Positions 57,371 through 64,000 of a stretch of DNA of 64,000 bases are shown here, in pieces (the stretch's first letter is position 1; every line of letters starts with the position of its first letter). The notes below the pieces were generated by a model. That model was not told the DNA's origin. It made no database searches and saw only the letters and a list, made by a program, of their open reading frames with translations. This stretch comes from Octopus vulgaris (Eukaryota): assembly GCA_951406725.2 (NCBI GenBank), contig OX597831.1, positions 37,138,001 through 37,202,000 on the forward strand. The letters run 5' to 3'. A program made the translations under genes and the position numbers.

Positions 57371-58344
57371 TAACATAAGAAAAATAAAAATTAGAACACT
57401 TACCCTAGCAGGACCGAACCCACAATGCTGCAAAGCAAGCTTCTTAACCACATAGCCAACAGTACCACGTTGATTAAATTAGGATTATATCAAGGAAATA
57501 AGTGGCCGTGTCATACTCCGTAGTCTTTGCTATAAACACCGAGACAAAAAAACATTCTGAATGTCAGACAAACTGCATTTGAGATCTTAAAGTCCAGCCT
57601 TGTCATCCGTCAGTATTCCACTAATTCAGCTTGTAACCTAAGTTACACATGTTGACGAAATGCCCAAACACCTACACACTCCGATGCAAATAAATAAGAT
57701 GTACTGACACACTGAAAGAATAAACCTGTATCTCAGGCTCTACTTCTAATTGGACAGAACATATTTGTTTTACACTCGCACTTATTTTGCTTGAAATGAT
57801 CGTGGTAGACACACTTCTCTCTGGAGATTTAGTAGATGCGACATTAAGACACCAGAAACGTAGGTGGGAATCAGGCACGAAGAACTTTTTAAACTTAGCA
57901 ACTTTGGCAGCTTGTCTTGCTAAAATCCTTTCGTTAGTTCGTTCTTTTTTCGTTTTTCCTTTCTTTTGTTTTCGTTAATTCGTTCATTCCCTTTTTTAAT
58001 TAATTAAACTTTGAGTGTGTATATATATCTATATATATATATATATATATATATAAGCACAAACTCACACAGACACAAACACATACACACACCTATGTAT
58101 TATCTTTAGCTTTTGCCTTGCTCGCCTAGATTTAATTAAATACCTCCAGTATGCAATGTCTGATGCATGGATAAGTTTAGAAGAACATAAGAATTCTGAA
58201 GAATTTATCTTTGTATCGCATATCTTACAGCAATATTTTAGTATCTGCTTTGTTGCCTTAGTTTGAAAACGTGTGTCTGCGAAACAGGGAGACGTGCAGA
58301 AGGTGGAATGGAGACGACTAAACACATAAAAGTGAAATAATTAA

Positions 58345-58415
<71 letters not shown>

Positions 58416-58944
58416 TAATAAATAATTGTGTATATGCAAACAAACGAATAAAGAAAACTTGATTCTGTTGAGCCTGGAGATGTATACAGATGAATGGGTG
58501 ATAGTTAACAAAAATTCTATCATGTAGGAAGTGTTGGTTTATTTTGTGTTATTGAAAATGTGTATGTATGTATAATCTGTATTTGATCTCTATAATCTAT
58601 ATACGTATGTAGCAATGTTTGTAAGAGTGGCTGTATATGATATAAGCACGTGTGGTTGTATGTGCTTGTGAGAATGATTGTTTACGAGTGTGTGTGTTTG
58701 TGTGTGATGTGTGTGTGTGTGTGTGTGTGTTTAAGTAAGGATGTATGTACGTCGGTTTTTCGTTGATATTTAAGTTCTGCGCACGGTTCAAATCGGTCAC
58801 TATCAAACTGTCAAAATTATTTTAAGCGAAGAAAGTGACATTCTGTGTTGGTGATTATGTACATAAGTTAGCGTGTGGGTATATGCATGGATTGTGAAGG
58901 CGTACACGATGACTATGCAAGGATATATATATGTATTATATGTA

Positions 58945-59275
58945 CGAGGGGAAGACAAAACTTAACCGCATTTTCTCCATAACATATTTTTGTTATTGTC
59001 ACACTGCCTTCTGCGCATTCGTGCTTGTAGTTGGTACTTTTGTGTTCACATGATCGAGGTTTGAGTCTGATCACGTTATTTTTCTTTTTGGCTTTGCAGT
59101 GTAAGCATGGCTGGTCCACTCGCCATGTGCACCAAAGAAGAACAAAGATCAGTGACCTGATTTATTTGGTCGAAAGGTGTGTCACGTACTAAAATTCATC
59201 GGAGCATTTTAGCACAACACGGGGACAGTGCACTACCTCGTAGAAGCATGCATTAGGAGATCGAGAAGTTTTGTA
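58945..59275 (+). mobile_element. Mariner 5' fragment
   Basis: TA-cgagggg TIR-like start; from 59107 MAGPLAMCTKEEQRSVT*FIWSKGVSRTKIHRSILAQHGDSALPRRS (mariner HTH). Confidence 0.75.
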
Positions 59276-59374
59276 AAAGTGTACATATCACTACTCTTTA
59301 TATGTATATTGCATATACTTAGTGCAAATATTATCTCTGTCCAAAAAACACAGGTGAATAATAATACATTGTAC

Positions 59375-59808
59375 TGGAGGCACAAGGCCTGAAACTTGGG
59401 GAGAGTGGGATAGCCAATTACATCCACCCTAGTACGCAACTGGTACTTAATTTATGAATCCCGAAATGATGAAAAGCAAAGTCGACTTCAGAGGAATTTG
59501 AACTCAGAGCGTAGCGACAGACGTTATACCGCTAAGAATTTCGGTCGGTGTGCTAACGATTCAGCCAGCTCACCGCCTTAATAATAATAATCCTCTCTAT
59601 TATAGGCACTAGGCCTGAAATTTTGGGGAGAGTGGGGTAATCGATGACATCGACACTAGTACGCAACTGGTACTTAATTTATCAACCCTGAAAGGATGAA
59701 AGGTAAAGTCGACCTCGGCGGAATTTGAACTCAGAACGCAGCGACAGACGAAATACAGCTAAGCATTTCGCCCGGCATGCTAACGATTCTGCCACCTTGC
59801 CACCTTAG
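59375..59808 (-). mobile_element. Two adjacent SINE family B copies
   Basis: Two near-full monomers separated by a short (AAT)n. Confidence 0.85.
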
Positions 59809-60561
59809 ACACAGGTGAATAATTATATTATCGCTAAACAACTGGCCTTGTCGGGAGGGTGTCAGTTTGCTTTAATTTTTCTTAGAAATTCTAGCGTTAA
59901 CAGGTTTTCATGCAAATCTGGTACAGTATATACCAGTGAATATATAATAATCGATACAAATGAGAATATATAATCCATAACGAAAAGCTGGAACTTACGA
60001 ATTTAATCAATATAATTATTCCCTCTTTTCATGTAGATGATGAACCCACATCCATTGGGCAGCAGGTTGCTACTATATTACATGGGTTTAGTTCTGTATC
60101 CCATAGAACAACTTCAGGTTAGCTGTGTTATTGGAATATTTTCACCCGAATCTTATATTTTGGATGATGTGGATATACTCGGATATCTATCCGTCACGTA
60201 CGCTGCTGGGGACATGTTCTGCATCTCCCGCTTGATCTTCCTACCAGGGCTTTGTTCCCTTTCGGCGCAGCAGCTGCAGGTTGGAAGATACCTCGTCGCA
60301 AGCCCCACACCAGATTAAGGAAAATCTTAGACTCGGCTGCTGACATCATATGTGGTTACACTCTAATTTTTCTCACCATACAACTTAATAACAATCACTA
60401 TTTATATCCAACACAAATCAGAATCATCCACGATATTCAAAATATAGAATGACTGATATATAAATAATTGCAGGATACGTCTTCATATATAAATACCAAA
60501 ACAATAGCTCAGCAGTTCGATATGAAGAAACGATAAATAAGCAGCAGATTAAAATAATTTT

Positions 60562-61609
60562 CTACTTCTTTTTATTGTCTATATGAATGACATTGCAGAT
60601 TCCATTGAACGTAGCACCATAAAAATATTTGCAGATGACTCTAAGCTCCAGAAAGTCATTAAGGGAGCAAACGATCTAACGATGCTTCAATCGGACCTAT
60701 GCGCAGTAACCCAGTGGGCAAAAATAACAATACGCAATTGAACGAAGAAAAATTTGAGCTCATCCACTTTGGAAGAGACGGCACATTCAAACAACCATAT
60801 ACATTACCGTCGGGAGACCTACTTGAACCGTCAGAGAATATCAGAAACTTAGGTGTAACTGTCGACAACAACCTTAGCTGGAGTGTGCACATCAACAAAA
60901 AAAGTCGAAGTTGCCCGCAGAATGTGCTCATGGATCCTCAGAACTTTCCAATCTAGAGATCATGAAACCAATCATCCTTCTCTTCCCCACATTCACTAGA
61001 CCCCCACCTCGAATACTACTACCCATTGTGGTCCCCCTACAAAAAACAAAACATAATGAGGATCGAAGCGCCACAACGATCAATCACAAAAAAAAAATAA
61101 ATAAATGGCATGATGAGACTTGATTATTGGGCCTGACTTAAACAGATGAAACTAATCTCTGCAACGTCATCGTGGCCGATAAATTATTTGCACTATGTGG
61201 AAAATATTCCCCCAATATTATCCAAATCATATTGGCATTATGTTTACAATTCAGCCAAGACTAGGCCCCCGTGCAATGCGTCCCCTACAAAGGTCGAGAT
61301 CACATCACATAAGAACATTGTGACAGAATTTCTCCACTGCAAATGGTCCTGCATTTTTCAATGTTATCCTAAAATAAATTAAAGTGGAAAAAGACCCCAC
61401 ATATTTCAAACGGTACCTGGACAAATTCCTCCAGGAAATACCGGATAAACCACCTACACCTGGTTACGTCTCAACCAACAAAACTCTCTGCTCGAGTCGT
61501 CCATGGAGTCCCGCAATAATTAACTAAAAGACTCTTCCAGGTGGTGCTATTGAGTTAGTCATGGCCTGGGCCAACAATTGCCGAAACCAATCTAAGTTAT
61601 CTAAGTTAT
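60562..61609 (+). mobile_element. 5'-truncated CR1-like LINE (RT C-terminal half plus 3' UTR)
   Basis: LLFIVYMNDI...IKIFADDSKL...QLNEEKF...IRNLGVTVDNNLSWSVHI; tail ctaagttat x2; frameshifted. Confidence 0.9.
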
Positions 61610-62070
61610 GTGATTTGACTAAAATCACTTAAAGACAGTGATCAGCTATTTAATCACTGAATGCAATGAAAGAATAAAATGATATTAGTCTAATTTTATT
61701 CGGCATCCAATGTACAAAATGGACAAATTAAATACAGGGTTGTTATTCACTTGACTCACAAAACAAGTAGAAATAACTACCATGTTCCATTTGTAGTTAC
61801 AGCCTCATTTATTTTCTCACAAATCTTAATTGTAATCAGTACTTAAACTGAACACAAACTAGCACCTAATCTAAATGATAATACTAATGTTTACATCGAC
61901 CATTTCTCGGTGGTGTGATTATTAAATTGTTAATTATTTTAAGGGCAATCAGTGTGTATAACAAAATCTACGAGAAATATAATTCAGTTACTCTAATTCA
62001 GTTACCCTGTGAAAATATTAGTTATTAATTAAAACATGTATTTGTTATTAATTAATAATGTTTAATCATT

Positions 62071-62155
<85 letters not shown>

Positions 62156-63449
62156 ATATTTGTGTATGTGTATTTATATATATACATATGTATATATATG
62201 TATATATATATGCATATATATGTACATATATATATATGTATATTATATATGTACACATATATATATATAGATGTATACATATGCCTGCTTATCTAACTAT
62301 ATGTCTGCACATTTGTACATTCATACATGAAGACAAACGTATATATATATATATATGTAAATATACGCATATACTCACCTATATAGTACACATATATATC
62401 TACACATTCATAAAACACACACACACACACACATAACACTCACTACAGGCTGTGTGACTATGTGACTTCTGTGAGTGCGTATTGAGCACTTTAGTGATTT
62501 AATAGAACATCAAGGAAGAGAAAATTGCATCTAACCACGTTTACGACAGCATATTCATACACACAGAAACAGATGGGCACGCATACAATGTAGAAAACAC
62601 ATATGCTGATGTACTTAGGCATACACATACAGACATAACCACACGTGGAGACGTATACGTATATCTATAAATATATAAACTAGATCTAAGTTCTATAATC
62701 AATGGAGCTGCATCTCATACATTTTTGTGTACTTTATCTTTGAAAAATTAATGAAGGCTAAACAAAAATCAAAGCAAAATTCTTTTAACAACAAAGCGAA
62801 GTAAATAAGCCATTGCAAGTATTTTGGTTAGGAAGCAATTTTTGTTGAATATATAAACACACATATAAATTTTAATTTCTTCCATAGAGTGGTGATTGGG
62901 TTGACGTTGGCCTTTTACTTGTTTGAGAACAAAGTGTGGTAAATAAAGCATCGCATGTATCGTGTTTGAGGACCAACCGTTGTTGTATATAAACACATTT
63001 TAATTTGCATCATAGGCCGGTGCTTGAGCGATGTGCGCTTTTTTAGCTGTTCGAGAACAAAGTGTAATAAATGAGCCGTTGTATGTAGCATGATGCAGTG
63101 TTAGTTTATTGTATTCGTTTATTCTTTTATATTTTTATTCCTTGACTTGTTCACACAGCCGTTGGGTTCTAGTCAATTATATCCACTGAAATAAATCCCC
63201 CCCATACACACATACACACAAACACACGCACACACAAACACAAATATATAAATATACATGCATATGTATATACGTATATGCATAAATATATATAAATACT
63301 AATATATATATATATAAGTTTAACTATGTATATGATTATATGTATGTATATGTATGAATTTCTCACTCTCTCACTCTGTATATATATACAAACATGTACA
63401 CACACACACACACACACATACACACACACACTAACACACACACACACAC

Positions 63450-63519
<70 letters not shown>

Positions 63520-64000
63520 GGTACCCCAGCATAGCTGCAGTAATATGAAACAGATAAAAGAATAACAGAATATATACATATATATATACAAATATCAAGG
63601 TTTTTATACAAAGTACAAATTAAACAGAAATCAAAACATGGGTTACAGAGAGACATGCGGGGTGCGGGGCGATAGTTTCTTGTATGGCATTTATCAAATT
63701 TTCGGAATTCGATGTCATACACAAAACTCTTAATCATCGATTCGCTCTTTATCTCTTGCCAATCAAAGGACAACACGTACGCATATTCACACCACGATAC
63801 ATATATGAAAGTGTGTATGTATGTATGTATGTATGACTGTGTTTGTGTGTGTGAGTATATTTATTTGTTTGTGTGCGTGTATATGTGTGTGTGTGTGAGT
63901 GTGTTTTTATAAACACGGGAGGGCAGAAACAATAAAAATGTAAAAAGTGTGTTTGATTTTATTAGTATCTGAACTTCATATCTTTAAACGTATCTACCTT

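Noticed and set aside
57672-57978. Short complex ORFs as a host exon
   Set aside because: No recognisable domain and no convincing splice-site pair; cannot be supported without RNA data.

Overview
AT-rich, repeat-dominated animal genomic DNA, probably intronic or intergenic. The repeat content suggests an octopus/coleoid cephalopod, but that is an inference. I found no supportable host gene exon, rRNA, real tRNA gene or CRISPR array; almost all listed ORFs are microsatellite translations. The window holds several tRNA-derived SINE families, decayed RTE, CR1-like and R4/Dong-like LINE pieces, two Gypsy remnants, three mariner remnants and two foldback MITEs. It also holds many Penelope-like retroelement (PLE) ends, about ten of which carry minimal hammerhead-ribozyme (HHR) motifs. 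The standout is a ~465 bp insertion at 18504-18969 that joins a Pol III tRNA-like head to an HHR-bearing PLE-type 3' end, with an inverted terminal copy, a 34-nt tail and a 10-bp target-site duplication: a candidate Penelope-mobilised, ribozyme-carrying SINE. An HHR with a compensatory G3:C8 core swap lies at 5825-5875. Everything was read by eye; boundaries of decayed elements are approximate.
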